A DNA stretch of 64,000 bases from Blastocatellia bacterium (GCA_963765495.1 CAVXWP010000010.1:96001-160000), one strand, 5' to 3'. Shown: positions 38,062 to 49,500, counted from the stretch's first letter. The notes: generated by a model not told the origin, from the letters alone. Made by a program: numbers and translations.

Positions 38062-40251
38062 TCACTTGTTCTTGTTCTTCTTCTTCTTCAACTTCGCTTT
38101 TACTGCTTTGATTATGAAATTCTCGTCACACTCATCCTGCCCCGTGTAACGGGAATCTCCGTAAGCGATCACACGCACTCGTACCTTCTTGCTCGGTGAA
38201 TTCGGAACTACCCAGTTGTAACTCGTCGTCATGCCCGACAAGCCGTTTACAATGTCGGTCCACCTGCTGCCGCCGTCGACCGTGTATTGAATGTCCTGTC
38301 TGTAGAGCCCCGTGCCTGTTACGGTCCATTTTATCGTCAGCGTTTGCCCGCTCGATACCTTGATCCGAGTATTGGGTGAAAGGATGTGAACCACAGGCTC
38401 TACAGGCTCTCCCGCATCCACGGTGATCGTAGTCTGCGCGTTCGCGGTAGCGCCTCCGTTATCGGTCACCGTAAGACGCGCCAGATAAGTGCCCGGCGTC
38501 TGGTAATTGTGCTCGGGCGATGCGATGGCCGATGTCTGTCCGTCGCCAAAATCCCAACTGTATCCGACCACCTGCCCGTCCGGGTCGTTTGCAAAGACGG
38601 TGAAGCTCACCCGTAAGGGCGCGACCCCCGAAGTCCGCGACGCGGTGATCGTGACAACAGGCGACTGGTTCCCTGCTCCGGTCGCGGTTATCTGAACAGT
38701 GGCGCTTGCCATTGCGCCGCCGTTATCTGTTACCGTCAGTTTGGCAGTGAATGTGCCCGCGACCTGATAGACGTGTGAAGGCGATGCCTGAGACGAACTC
38801 TGCCCGTCGCCGAAATCCCAGTTGTATCCGACTACCTGCCCGTCGGGGTCGGAAGCATTCGAGGCAAAGGCGACCGCAAGTGGGGCCGCGCCCGATGTGG
38901 GCGTAGCCGATACGCTTACGGCGGGCGGCTGATTGCCGGGCGGATTTTCCGAGGGCATCTCTCGCGCCCCTATGTCGAAAGCGTTGCCCTGCGGGCGAGG
39001 AACCGACAGGTAATCGTTTAAGACCCCGGTGAGGCTTTCGCCGTGATCTATGACCGGGCTGTCGCTTGCGGGCAAGTACATCTCTTCGGCATCGAGCATC
39101 GGGTCGGTTGTCATCGAATTGTGATCCGCGCCCATGCCCAGCTGCCAGTCGTTGAAATTCTCCCAGTAATGGCCGGCGCTGGGTGTCTCCTGCCAGAACT
39201 TGTATGTGCCGCCAGTCGGTCTGAACCATACGTTTGAATCTGAGACGAGCGGGTCCAATAGGTTCATCACAAAAGCCATCGGGCGACTGCTCAACACGAC
39301 CACTATATTGTTTTTGAACCGGACCTGCTCGGCGGGAACTTCGCGGCCGTTCATAGTCACATAGAAACCGCCGTTGTAACTCTGCGCCACATCATAAAGC
39401 GTGTTGTTCTCGAAACTGATGTTCTTGCCCGAGTATGTGCCTAAGCCCGCGCCCTTCGTAGCGATAATAATGTTGTTGCGGGCTACCGAGTTCAGACATT
39501 CATAGGGAGTGCCGTTGCGCATGAACTCTTCGTCCGTATCCTGACCGAGCAGTATCCCTGAATGGCCCGTATGTTCTATTCGATTGCGCTCGATCACGCC
39601 GTTTGTGGCTCCGCCTTTGAGGTAAATCCCGGTCGTCGCGGTGTCGTGAATGTAGCAATCGCGTATCGTGATGCCTATCGAACCTATTGAGTCGATGCCT
39701 TCGGCATTTGACGAATCGCGGACTCCCGATGGTCCTATCTCGCACTTTTCGATCAAAAGATTGTCGCAGTTGAATGTCTTGACGCAATCGCGGCCCGAGT
39801 TGTAGATGCGGCAATTTGTTATAACGGCGTTGGTCGCCTCTTCGAGCTTCACCGCATAGTAGGAACCGCCTTGAATCTCAAGGTCTTTCAGCGTGATGTT
39901 ATGCGCATAGATAATAAACAGAGAAGCCAGGTTGGTTTCATCGGTCGTGGAACCTGTGATGACAGCCTTCTCATCGGTGTAGGAAGAAAAAGTGAGGTTA
40001 TCTTTATCAACCCAGAGGAAACGTGAAAATGTGTAAGTTCCTCCTCTGAGAATGATGTTATCGCCCGGCGAAGCGAGATCGAAAGCGTGTTTGACGGTCG
40101 CCACAGGCGAGTTGAGCGTGCCCGGATTTCCATCGTTACCGTTTGTAGAAACGTAAAGATTTGCAGCAGCAGCGTCTGTCGCGGCGGCGCTGAAAACAGA
40201 GACTGTAAGAATCAGACAAAAGAATACTATCAGTTTTTTTGTTTGTGCCAT
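38062..40251 (-). CDS. Secreted right-handed beta-helix protein with two PKD domains and a C-terminal Ig-like domain
   Basis: Signal peptide; YVSTNGNDGNPGT..P; beta-helix repeats; 'DIGARE'; two PKD repeats (WDFGDG..H.Y...GT..A.LTVTD); poly-Lys end. Confidence 0.85.
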   Translation of the reverse strand: MAQTKKLIVFFCLILTVSVFSAAATDAAAANLYVSTNGNDGNPGTLNSPVATVKHAFDLASPGDNIILRGGTYTFSRFLWVDKDNLTFSSYTDEKAVITGSTTDETNLASLFIIYAHNITLKDLEIQGGSYYAVKLEEATNAVITNCRIYNSGRDCVKTFNCDNLLIEKCEIGPSGVRDSSNAEGIDSIGSIGITIRDCYIHDTATTGIYLKGGATNGVIERNRIEHTGHSGILLGQDTDEEFMRNGTPYECLNSVARNNIIIATKGAGLGTYSGKNISFENNTLYDVAQSYNGGFYVTMNGREVPAEQVRFKNNIVVVLSSRPMAFVMNLLDPLVSDSNVWFRPTGGTYKFWQETPSAGHYWENFNDWQLGMGADHNSMTTDPMLDAEEMYLPASDSPVIDHGESLTGVLNDYLSVPRPQGNAFDIGAREMPSENPPGNQPPAVSVSATPTSGAAPLAVAFASNASDPDGQVVGYNWDFGDGQSSSQASPSHVYQVAGTFTAKLTVTDNGGAMASATVQITATGAGNQSPVVTITASRTSGVAPLRVSFTVFANDPDGQVVGYSWDFGDGQTSAIASPEHNYQTPGTYLARLTVTDNGGATANAQTTITVDAGEPVEPVVHILSPNTRIKVSSGQTLTIKWTVTGTGLYRQDIQYTVDGGSRWTDIVNGLSGMTTSYNWVVPNSPSKKVRVRVIAYGDSRYTGQDECDENFIIKAVKAKLKKKKNKNK

Positions 40252-40442
40252 CTCATACCCCATCAACAGCCGCCATGCTATGGGCTTGTTACGCAGTACT
40301 CTTTTGGCTTGCGTTTTTGATCAGCCGATATGCTGGCGACCTGTGGTCCCACACGGCTCGGAGGCGAGGTTCCGTTGTGGTGCGGAGCCAGGTCTTGGGG
40401 ACTTCCCGCTAGATTGGGAGTGAGATGGACCAACTCAGGTGG

Positions 40443-40650
40443 GGTCATCTCACTTCGGCAGCCAGACATCCTTCGGAGGGATGAGGGATGAAAAAGACTC
40501 TAAAGACACGAGCCAGTAAATGGGCTGAACCAATTACTGGAATGTTTCCCCAGAGTCCTATTCATCCCTCATCCCTCATCCCTCATCCCTCCGAAGGCCT
40601 TGGCTTTGCGACCCAGGATCACTCCTGGTGTGCCTTTATCGGTGAAATGT
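40443..40650 (-). ncRNA. Cyclic-di-GMP-I (GEMM) riboswitch with enlarged P3
   Basis: Minus strand: AAAGGCACACCAGGA-GUGA-UCCUGGGUCGCAAAGCC ... GGCUGCCG; P1 CAUUUCAC/GUGAGAUG; upstream of the beta-helix/PKD gene. Confidence 0.82.
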
Positions 40651-41142
40651 TGTCGCAGACGCGACTATGGAAAGTCGGCTGCCCGCGATATGGCCGGATT
40701 AGTAACAGAGTGTGAAAAGTTGTTCCGTCGCGCAAAACAGGGTCGCCGGTTCCCTTCCCAATCCCTCAAATCAATCCGGTCATTCAAATCACACGGCATC
40801 AGTCTTTTATTAACCCGGCATCAAAGGCGCGTCGGTTTCGCCCAATTATTCGCGCCTCAACCTGCCAGAATAGACTGCCCGCACCCTTTATACTGGCAAC
40901 TGGCGTTCCGTGGCGCGCTTCTAAATTAAACCGGTACTTAAGGGAAAACTTGAGGTGTCGAGTGTAGAGGTTTTCGTCTTTCGGTCAGAATGACCGGGGG
41001 AAAATTCTACGCCTGCCGGGGCTTGAATGACAGGTAGATGGCGGCGCAAGTTTTCACTCTGACGTGACGAGCAGGTTTGAAAGTGTATAATTAAGTTCTG
41101 TGGATTGATGAGCCGCAAACCCGTTTCCCATAAGGAGGCAAG

Positions 41143-41709
41143 ATGGCAAAAGCCGAGTCCAGCTCAAAAAAAGGCGCAAACAAAAAATCAGCAGCCAAGA
41201 AGAGCCCTGCTAAAATGAGCGCCGCCAAAAATGAGGCCAAGGTTCCTGCGGCGGAAGAGACCGCCACACTCGAAGGGTCGCATTTACCAGCCACTCACGG
41301 AAAAATAGGCGTATTCGGTGGCCCCAGAGATCGCGGCATCAAACCCGAAGACAAACTTGCTTTGCCTACGGGAAAACATTTCGTCTTCGAGCGCGTCCGC
41401 AGCCTGAATCCGAAAAGCTTTTACTGCGCGATGCGCTGGGATTATCACATTCAGGGCATGAGCCCCGAAGAAGGCAAGCGTTGGTGGGCCAACAAAAAGC
41501 TTGTCGTCACAAATCCTGAAAACGGCGTTTCGGTAATCGTGCGCGCCGTTGATTACGGGCCGCACGAAAATACTGGGCTCGACATAGGCGTGTCACCCGC
41601 CGCAGCCGAGGCTCTGGGAGTGGAAGTGGGCAATGAAGTCGATGTGGCTTTCGCGGATCAAAAAGCGCCCACCGGTCTCGTAACAAAGAAAGACGCCGAG
41701 GAAGAATAA
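41143..41709 (+). CDS. RlpA-like double-psi beta-barrel protein with K/A-rich N-terminus
   Basis: 'VVTNPENGVSVIVRAVDYGP..LDIGVSPAAAEALG'; SD AGGAGG; no signal peptide. Confidence 0.65.
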   Translation: MAKAESSSKKGANKKSAAKKSPAKMSAAKNEAKVPAAEETATLEGSHLPATHGKIGVFGGPRDRGIKPEDKLALPTGKHFVFERVRSLNPKSFYCAMRWDYHIQGMSPEEGKRWWANKKLVVTNPENGVSVIVRAVDYGPHENTGLDIGVSPAAAEALGVEVGNEVDVAFADQKAPTGLVTKKDAEEE

Positions 41710-41735
41710 TCAGATCAGATTTTTGGGTTCAATAA

Positions 41736-42932
41736 ATGATTCGTTATCCCGCATTCGATCCGCCGGAATATGTAGACTGGCAACCAGACCCCGATGTGGT
41801 CGGGGAATTTCGCCGGACAATCGAAAAGGACTCCGCAAGATGCGAAATCATCTCTTCGCTCAGAGCCAGTCAGTTGATAGTGCTCTATGAAGGAATGCTT
41901 CGCAACCGTCTGCACGACATAGCGCTCAAGCGATGGGTCAAGCAGGGCGTGATTTCGAAAGCCTGGCTTGGCACAGGAGAAGAAGCCGCCACGATAGGCG
42001 CGGTCCACGCGCTCAATCGCGACACCACGCCCGGCCACCTGCCGACGGATTTCGTAGCGCCGATGATCCGCAACGCCGGAGCCTGTCACGAGATGGGTAT
42101 GACGATTTCCGACATGCTGCGCGGCTATCTCGGAACCGAGGACTCGCCTACGAGGGGACGCGATCTTCACATAGGCGATTTCGAGCGAGGCGTGCTTGCG
42201 CCGATCTCTCACGTGGGCGATGTGATGGCCGTCACGGCAGGCGTGGCTCTGGCTTTCAAGATGAGACACGAGCCTCGCTTGGCGCTCACGTGGATAGGCG
42301 ACGGGTCTACGAAGGCGGGGGTCTTTCACGAAGCGATGAATCTGGCCGCCGTCCAGCGATTGCCTTTGATCGTCATCATCCAGAACAATCAGGTAGCTCT
42401 GGGCACCCGGCTCGACCAGCATCATCGCGCCTCGTTTCTGAAATGGCCCGACGCATACGGGGTCGAAGGCGGGGCGATGGATGGAAACAACGTGCTGGAT
42501 GTTTACGCGGCGGTGCGGATTGCGGCTGATCTCTGCCGCGAAGGCCGAGGCCCCTGCCTGCTCGTCGCAGAGACCTTCAGGATGGGCGGGCACGCCACGC
42601 ACGATGAGCGCGAGGCGCGGGAGACTTTCTCAAATGAGTTGTTTGCCCGGTGGGGAAAGCGCGATCCCGTAGGCATGTTTGAAACCTATTTGATCGAAGG
42701 CGCGCTCGACCTTGAAACCGGCCATCGCTCAGAGACAACCGATGACCTACGCAAACGCAACAAAGAAGCATTGAAATTGATAGAAGAGCGCGTGATAGCC
42801 GAAGTAGACCGCGCCACCGAAGAAGCGCTCGTAAGTTTACGGACCCGAATGCCCAAACCGGCTTCAGCCGCCGAAGGCGTTTATTCCGAAAACCCGGACG
42901 CCAGATTACTGGCAGAAATTTCGAAATTATGA
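41736..42932 (+). CDS. TPP-dependent 2-oxoacid dehydrogenase E1 alpha subunit
   Basis: GDG...HEAMN.A....LP.I...QNN; DGNNVLDV; R.GGHATHD; DP. Confidence 0.88.
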   Translation: MIRYPAFDPPEYVDWQPDPDVVGEFRRTIEKDSARCEIISSLRASQLIVLYEGMLRNRLHDIALKRWVKQGVISKAWLGTGEEAATIGAVHALNRDTTPGHLPTDFVAPMIRNAGACHEMGMTISDMLRGYLGTEDSPTRGRDLHIGDFERGVLAPISHVGDVMAVTAGVALAFKMRHEPRLALTWIGDGSTKAGVFHEAMNLAAVQRLPLIVIIQNNQVALGTRLDQHHRASFLKWPDAYGVEGGAMDGNNVLDVYAAVRIAADLCREGRGPCLLVAETFRMGGHATHDEREARETFSNELFARWGKRDPVGMFETYLIEGALDLETGHRSETTDDLRKRNKEALKLIEERVIAEVDRATEEALVSLRTRMPKPASAAEGVYSENPDARLLAEISKL

Positions 42933-43696
42933 AACTGATAGTAGTAAGTCTGATCCTGTCGCTGTGCCTGGCTTCGACCGGCGCGGCGCAAAAGAGCAAG
43001 AAAAAACGCCGGACCACTCGCCCGCGCCCTGCGCCTGAAAAGAAGGTCCAGCCCCCGATAATCGGCTCGCAGATTATGATCATCACCAAAAATGGAGATC
43101 AAATCAAAGGCGAGCTTCTGGACCTTACGGCCTACAGCGTGCGAATTCGCGCGAACAATCTTGAATCCACGCACGCGCTCGACACAATCGCGGCCCTTTC
43201 GTTCGATTCAGCATCGGTTCCTAATGCCAAGTCCGGCCAGAGCGACTCTCGGATGCATCCCGATTTTGGCCGGGACCTTCAAGAATCGCTCAAGGCATTT
43301 CAATCAACCGTGGACCAGTTGAAAACAGGAACGGATTACGCGGCTTATGGAAGATTGCTCACGGATTTTCGCCGTTCGGGCGAGCGGTTTATAGACAAAT
43401 ACAGCGCATCCGAAAACTCGACCGAGGCGCGGGCCGTGGCGCTTTTTTCGGGCGCGCTCACGGATTATTCCTGGGCGCGAACCGTCTGGACGCTCAAGTT
43501 CGGACGCAAAAGCGACGGTACGGTCAGCGAGGCCGATTCGCCCGCCGTCTCTGACGCGCTTGCGGTTTATCCCGATCTGCGCGCGCAAGCCGCAAGCGGC
43601 AGCAGGTTTTCAGGCGATAAGATAATCTCCAGTCTCTGGGCCAGAGCAGCCGACAAAGCCGCGAGCATCCGCGAATTGATGGATGGGCAAAGGTGA
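42929..43696 (+). CDS. Secreted hypothetical protein
   Basis: Signal peptide; ATGA overlap with E1 alpha. Confidence 0.7.
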   Translation: MKLIVVSLILSLCLASTGAAQKSKKKRRTTRPRPAPEKKVQPPIIGSQIMIITKNGDQIKGELLDLTAYSVRIRANNLESTHALDTIAALSFDSASVPNAKSGQSDSRMHPDFGRDLQESLKAFQSTVDQLKTGTDYAAYGRLLTDFRRSGERFIDKYSASENSTEARAVALFSGALTDYSWARTVWTLKFGRKSDGTVSEADSPAVSDALAVYPDLRAQAASGSRFSGDKIISSLWARAADKAASIRELMDGQR

Positions 43697-43723
43697 GTAA
43701 AAAAAGAGCAGAGGTGGGTTAAG

Positions 43724-44905
43724 ATGAGAGACGTATTTCTGGTTTCATCTGTGAGAACACCTATCGGCAGGTTTGGCGGCACATTGAAGGATTTGAGCGC
43801 GGCCGATCTTGCCGTCCCCGTAGTTGAAGAGAGCCTCAAGCGCGCGGGGCTCAGTCCCGAAATCATCGACGAAGTGATCATAGGCAATGCGCGACAGGCT
43901 GGTGGAGGCCCGAACGTAGCGCGCCAGATAAGCTATCGCGCCCGCATCCCAGAGATCGTCCCCGCCTACACGGTGAACAAAGCCTGCGGGTCGGGGTTAA
44001 AGGCTATCCTGCTTGCGGCTCAAGAGATAATGCTCAACCGGGCCGAGGCGATAGTCGCGGGCGGAACCGAATCAATGAGCCGCGTGCCGTATCTGGCCGA
44101 GGGCGCGCGATGGGGCTTGAGGATGGGCAATGTCGATCTGGTTGACGGGATGTACAGGGACGGCTTTTTTGACCCGCTTTCAGGGCAGGTGATGGGAGAA
44201 ACCGCCGAAACTCTCGCCCGTGAGTATGAAATCTCTCGCCAGGAACAGGATCAGTACGCCCTGCGTTCGCAGCATCGCGCAGAGGCTGCCACCCGCCAGG
44301 GAAGGCTTCGCGCCGAAGTGTTTCCGCTCACGATCAAGGACCGTAAAGGCAACGACGTAGAGTTCTCAACCGACGAGCACATCCGCAACAACTCGACGCT
44401 CGAATCTATGCAAAAACTGCCTCCCGTCTTTGCTTCGGACGGGACGGTCACGGCTGGCAATTCGTCTGGAATCACAGACGGCGCAGCGGCGATGCTTGTG
44501 GTATCGGAAGATTTCGTCAAGGCGCACGGCGTACAACCACAGGCCCGGCTGGTCGATTACGAGATTGCGGGCGTTGATCCTCGCGTGATGGGGATCGGGC
44601 CCGTACCGGCAATTCGGCGGCTTCTCGAACGCCGCAAATTGTCGCTTTCAGAGATTGATCTTATAGAGCTTAACGAAGCCTTTGCGGCACAGGTGCTGGC
44701 CTGCGACCGCGAACTTCATTTCGATCACGACCGGCTGAATGTAAACGGCGGGGCAATAGCCCTGGGCCATCCGATAGGCTGCACCGGAGCGCGCATAACC
44801 ACGACTTTGCTGCACGAGCTTGAGCGCAGCAAGGCGAGGCTCGGACTTGCTACGCTCTGCATATCGGGAGGGATGGGAATAGCCGCGCTTGTCGAGCGCG
44901 TGTGA
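43724..44905 (+). CDS. Acetyl-CoA C-acyltransferase (thiolase)
   Basis: [36 protein letters not shown]. Confidence 0.95.
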   Translation: MRDVFLVSSVRTPIGRFGGTLKDLSAADLAVPVVEESLKRAGLSPEIIDEVIIGNARQAGGGPNVARQISYRARIPEIVPAYTVNKACGSGLKAILLAAQEIMLNRAEAIVAGGTESMSRVPYLAEGARWGLRMGNVDLVDGMYRDGFFDPLSGQVMGETAETLAREYEISRQEQDQYALRSQHRAEAATRQGRLRAEVFPLTIKDRKGNDVEFSTDEHIRNNSTLESMQKLPPVFASDGTVTAGNSSGITDGAAAMLVVSEDFVKAHGVQPQARLVDYEIAGVDPRVMGIGPVPAIRRLLERRKLSLSEIDLIELNEAFAAQVLACDRELHFDHDRLNVNGGAIALGHPIGCTGARITTTLLHELERSKARLGLATLCISGGMGIAALVERV

Positions 44906-45206
44906 ACGATCCGATAAACAGACAAGTGAGTCAGGGCCATTCGAATATTTATCCGCTCAATTCTTTTCTTGTGCTGCTTGCCTTTTTTTATACTTTAAGC
45001 TACATTCTCGCCAAATCCCGCGCTGGCTTCAAAAACGAGCGCGGGCTCTTAAGGTCAGCCATTTAGAGACGAACCCGGGCGAGCAATATTTTGGCGAGTA
45101 ACTTTTTAGCCTGGAAGTATATTCGCAAAACTATTGCCAGCCCGCCCGGTTTCTCTCTCACCAGTTCAAGGCCCGCGACTTAATAGAGTTGAGAGGTGGT
45201 GCCGCC

Positions 45207-46544
45207 ATGAGCAGCTACGTTGGGAAGAATTACTGGGTATTTCTTAGTTATGCCAGACGAGACGCCAAGGGGCTTGAGGGCAAAGAGAATCCGTTTTTCG
45301 AGCGGTTTTACAAAGACCTGGCGTCTGAGATCGGCAAGGTTGCCGCAATACCGGCTTCTATTCCCGAGAAGGATATTCAGTTTTATGACCGCGAAGATAT
45401 AGAAATTGGTGCCGACTGGAGCAAGACTCTTTATGATGCGCTACAATCGAGCAAGGTGTTTGTATGTCTCTTTTCGCCGAGTTACTTCAAGAGCGAATAT
45501 TGCGGCAAAGAGTTTCAGGTCTTTAATGAGCGCGTGAAGAAATATAAAGCCGCCCTGTCTCAAAACGTCAGGGAACCCGAGTTGATTATTCCTGTCTTGT
45601 GGGAGAATCCAAACAGGTTTCTTGAACCATTGCCCGAGGCCGTATCCGGCATTCAATACGCGGATAAGAATCTCGGTCTGGGTTACTCCAATATAGGTGT
45701 TTCCCAGATGCTCAGGCTCCAAAAAGAGGTGGATTATCAAGAATTCCTGATAAATCTGGCGGATAAAATCTACAAAGAGGCCCAGTTTCATCCGATGCCG
45801 CCGGAGCCTTCCATCAAGCCTTTGAAAGATGTAAAGAGCGCGTTCCACGTCCCTCCGACCCCGGCCGTTGTGGCGGGAGCGGTTCCCGGTGCTAAAGGGC
45901 CGAGCATAGCGTGGTTTATCTATGCCGCGGGAGGCAAAGCGGATTACAACAACATAAGGCAACAGCAATCGCAGATTTTCTACGGCAATTCCGGGCTGGA
46001 GTGGCAGCCCTACTATCCAACCGATCCGAACATCATCCATTACATTGCCGCTACTGTCGCAACGACGAAAGGGCTTGCGCCGATACCCCTGGCCGTAAGC
46101 AACAGCCTGATAGATCAACTTGAAGAGGCCGAAGACAACAACACGATTGCCGTCATAATAATCGATCCGTGGAGCATAAAATTGCCCGCGTTTGAACAGC
46201 CGCTGAAACAATTTGACAGGACTCGTCTGTCCAATTGTGGAGTTATCATAGTCTGGAACGAGAACGATCAGGAAACCAAGACCGCGCGCACCGCCCTTGA
46301 AACGCTTTTGCAAAAGACGTTTTCTCGCAACTACATCTCGAAAGATATCTTATTTCAACCCTCAATCAGTTCCGAAACAGAGTTGCGCACCAAACTCGGC
46401 GAGGCGATTGAGGAAGTCAGAAAGAAGATAGAAGAACGAGGCAAATATCTGCGCGGGGAGTCCGGCGCAGCAAATGACCCCTTTCCGAAACTCCCGACAG
46501 CAAACTCCACTCCCTCCCCAACCACCCCGACCGGAGGCGTATAA
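45207..46544 (+). CDS. TIR-like FxsC-family protein
   Basis: TIR box FLSYAR..FY.DL..FYDREDI.IGADW..AL..S..FV.L.SPSYF.SEYCGKE; C-terminal WQPYYP / IIIDPWS block resembling the FxsC C-terminal domain. Confidence 0.8.
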   Translation: MSSYVGKNYWVFLSYARRDAKGLEGKENPFFERFYKDLASEIGKVAAIPASIPEKDIQFYDREDIEIGADWSKTLYDALQSSKVFVCLFSPSYFKSEYCGKEFQVFNERVKKYKAALSQNVREPELIIPVLWENPNRFLEPLPEAVSGIQYADKNLGLGYSNIGVSQMLRLQKEVDYQEFLINLADKIYKEAQFHPMPPEPSIKPLKDVKSAFHVPPTPAVVAGAVPGAKGPSIAWFIYAAGGKADYNNIRQQQSQIFYGNSGLEWQPYYPTDPNIIHYIAATVATTKGLAPIPLAVSNSLIDQLEEAEDNNTIAVIIIDPWSIKLPAFEQPLKQFDRTRLSNCGVIIVWNENDQETKTARTALETLLQKTFSRNYISKDILFQPSISSETELRTKLGEAIEEVRKKIEERGKYLRGESGAANDPFPKLPTANSTPSPTTPTGGV

Positions 46545-49500
46545 TGGACGCAAATGAATTCTCAGACACCGCGCAAGAGGAGAACAGGAACGGAAAGATA
46601 ATCACCTTCTACTCATATAAAGGCGGCACGGGGCGCTCGATGATCCTGGCAAACGTGGCCTGGGTGATGGCGAGCAGCGGAAAGAGAGTGCTCACCATAG
46701 ATTGGGATTTGGAAGCGCCGGGGCTCCATCGTTACTTCTACCCGTTTCTTCTCGATAAGGATTTGAACTCCTCGGAAGGGGTCATAAATTTCTTCCACAT
46801 CTATAAGATGAGAGCATTGACCCCACCCGCATCAGGTGCGGCAACGGGTGAAAACTGGCATCAGGAATATGCCGATATCAGACAGTATGCCGTATCGCTC
46901 GATTGGAAATTCCCTCAAGGAGGCCGTCTCGATTTCGTGCCTGCGGGCAAACAGGATGAAACATACTCGAATCTCGTAAACTCGTTCAACTGGGAAGATT
47001 TTTACACGCGCCTCGGTGGGAACAAATATCTGGAAGCGGTCGCGGCGCAGATGAGCAAGAATTACGACTATATACTTATTGACAGCCGAACAGGCGTAAG
47101 CGACACGTCGGGCATCTGTACGGTCAAGCTGCCTGATGCGCTGGTCGTCTGTTTTACGCTGAATTATCAGAGCATCAACGGAGCTTCGTCGGTGGCCGAT
47201 TATGTTTACAAAGCGCGAGGCCCCGCCGCCCTTGAACAGACGCAAACTCCTACCGAGACCAGGAGCAATAGAGTAGAAAACGGCAAACCTTTATTCAACA
47301 TATTTCCGCTGCCGATGCGTCTGGAAGATGCTCAAAAGCGAAAGATGGAACGGCGGCGCGATTATGCGCGGCTCAAGAGATTCGCGCCCTATCCCATATA
47401 TATTCACGAAGGAACGCGAGAAGACTACTGGGCAAGAGTGCCGGTTCAATACGACTCTTACTATGCGTACGAAGAAGTGCTGGCGGCATTCGGGGAAAAG
47501 GAACGAGACATAACCTCTCTTCTCGCTTCGGTCGAACGTATCACAGCGTACCTGACCAATGGTGAGGTTACTTCTCTGTCTGTTCTCCCCCAGCCGAAAC
47601 GCGAGGAGATACTCAAGGAATTCGAAGGCGACACATACGAACCGCCTGCCACGGAACCGACAACCAGCAAGGCCGCCGAAAACGCGTTTGCCAGCCTCGG
47701 ACCGGAAGATCAGGATATGGCCCGTAAGGTCATACTACGACTCGTGAGAGTAGCGGGGCCAAACGAGAGCGAACACGTTCGACAGGTTGTGAACCTCAAT
47801 GAATTCGACAGGTCGGAAAAGCCGCTTATAAGGACTTTAGGCAATTTTCAATTGCTCAATAGCTATACAGATAAAAACGCGGGTGAAGAGGTTGTTCAGA
47901 TCGCTCAGGATGTCTCTTTGCAGGATTGGAAAGAGTTACAGACGTGGATTGACCACGACCGGGAATTCCTGCTCTGGCTGCAAAGGTTGCGCTCTCAGGC
48001 AACCGAATGGAAGCAGCGCCAAAGAGACGAAAGCCTGCTTCTCGGCGGCGCCCCCCTTCAGGTTGCCAGAGACCGCCTCGCAGACCGAAGCAAAGATTTG
48101 TCGAGCCTCGAAAAAGAGTATATCAATGCCAGCATAGCCTTCGATGAGCGGTTGATGATTGAGAGAGAGAAAGAGAGGCAAGAGCAGCAGAGGAAGTTGG
48201 AGGCGGAACAGATTGCCGCCGCAAACGAGAAACGCAAGAGGTATGAGCAGGAGCAGCAAAGCGGCTGGCTGAAGAATCTGCTCGAGCGGTTTAATTTTTC
48301 GACGCCGCCCGCACCCGAAGAACCGGGTGAGAGCCTTAATATAGTAACGGCCCGACAGGTCCTTCGCGGGACCCGCCTCGGTCCGGGCGAGATGCTGGCG
48401 CTCGCAAAGAGGCTGAAGGAAGAAAAGGCATTCAGTTACGCAAGGCGTGTGCTTGCGAGCGCGCGAGCGAGGGGAGGACTCGATCAGGACAAGGATCTGA
48501 AACTGAAGATATATCAGCAATCGGCCCTCTGCACATACAAGGACACCGATCTCCCCGCCGATAAACGGCTCGATCTCGCGTTGAAGATATTGCGCGAGGT
48601 TGAAGACATTTCCACAACCCGAGATCAGGAAACCCTCGGTCTGGTAGGAGCAATCTATAAGCGCAAATGGGAGGTTGACAATCAGAAGCAGCAACTTGAA
48701 AGCTCGCTCATGTATTATCAGCGAGGGTATCAGGAAGGCCCCGAAAAAGATCAGGGTTATACCGGCATAAACGCCGCATTCATACTCGACCTGCTTGCTT
48801 ATCAGGAGGAAGAAGAGTCCAGGCGAGCCAACAAAGACTCAGACACCGCTCGCTCGCGCCGCGCCGAGGCTCGTCGCATCCGCGAGAGCATTGTCCAGAG
48901 GGTTGCGCCACTGGCCGGGCAGTCGGGCACCGAGTGGCTGGCTGAAATGTGGTGGTATTACAGCACGGTAGCCGAAGCATTTTTCGGGCTCAGACGATAT
49001 GGAGAGGCGGTCCAGTGGTTGAATCGCGGACGCAATGCTATTGGCAACATCCCCGAATGGGAATACGAAGCGACAATCCGCCAGCTTGTTCATCTCGCTC
49101 GCCTGCAAAGCGATACGGATTATTCGAGCAAGGAATTTGAGAACACCGAAGCGTGGCGCGCGCTCCGAGAATTTTTCGGTGATGATGTCGCACCCCTGCG
49201 CAGCGCATTCCTGGGCAAGATAGGTCTGGCCCTGTCGGGCGGGGGCTTTCGCGCTTCGCTTTTTCACATCGGCGTACTTGCGCGACTTGCCGACCTCGAC
49301 CTCTTGCGCCACGTCGAGGTCTTATCCTGCGTATCGGGCGGGGCGATCATCGGAGCGCACTACTATCTTGAAGTGCGGAAACTTCTGCAATCAAAACCCG
49401 ACCGCGAGATCACCCGTGAGGATTACATCGAGATGATCGCGCGCATCAAGGACAGCTTCTTAAGAGGCGTGCAGCGAAACATCCGCACGCGCATCGCAGC

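Noticed and set aside
40278-40929. Short ORFs in the 40.3-40.9 kb spacer
   Set aside because: They overlap the riboswitch and repeat element; the translations are repeat-derived (HPSSLIPHP)
44906-45206. FxSxx-COOH precursor peptide or radical SAM partner upstream of the FxsC-like gene
   Set aside because: No ORF with an FxSxx end noticed here and no radical SAM gene in the window, so not a canonical FxS cluster
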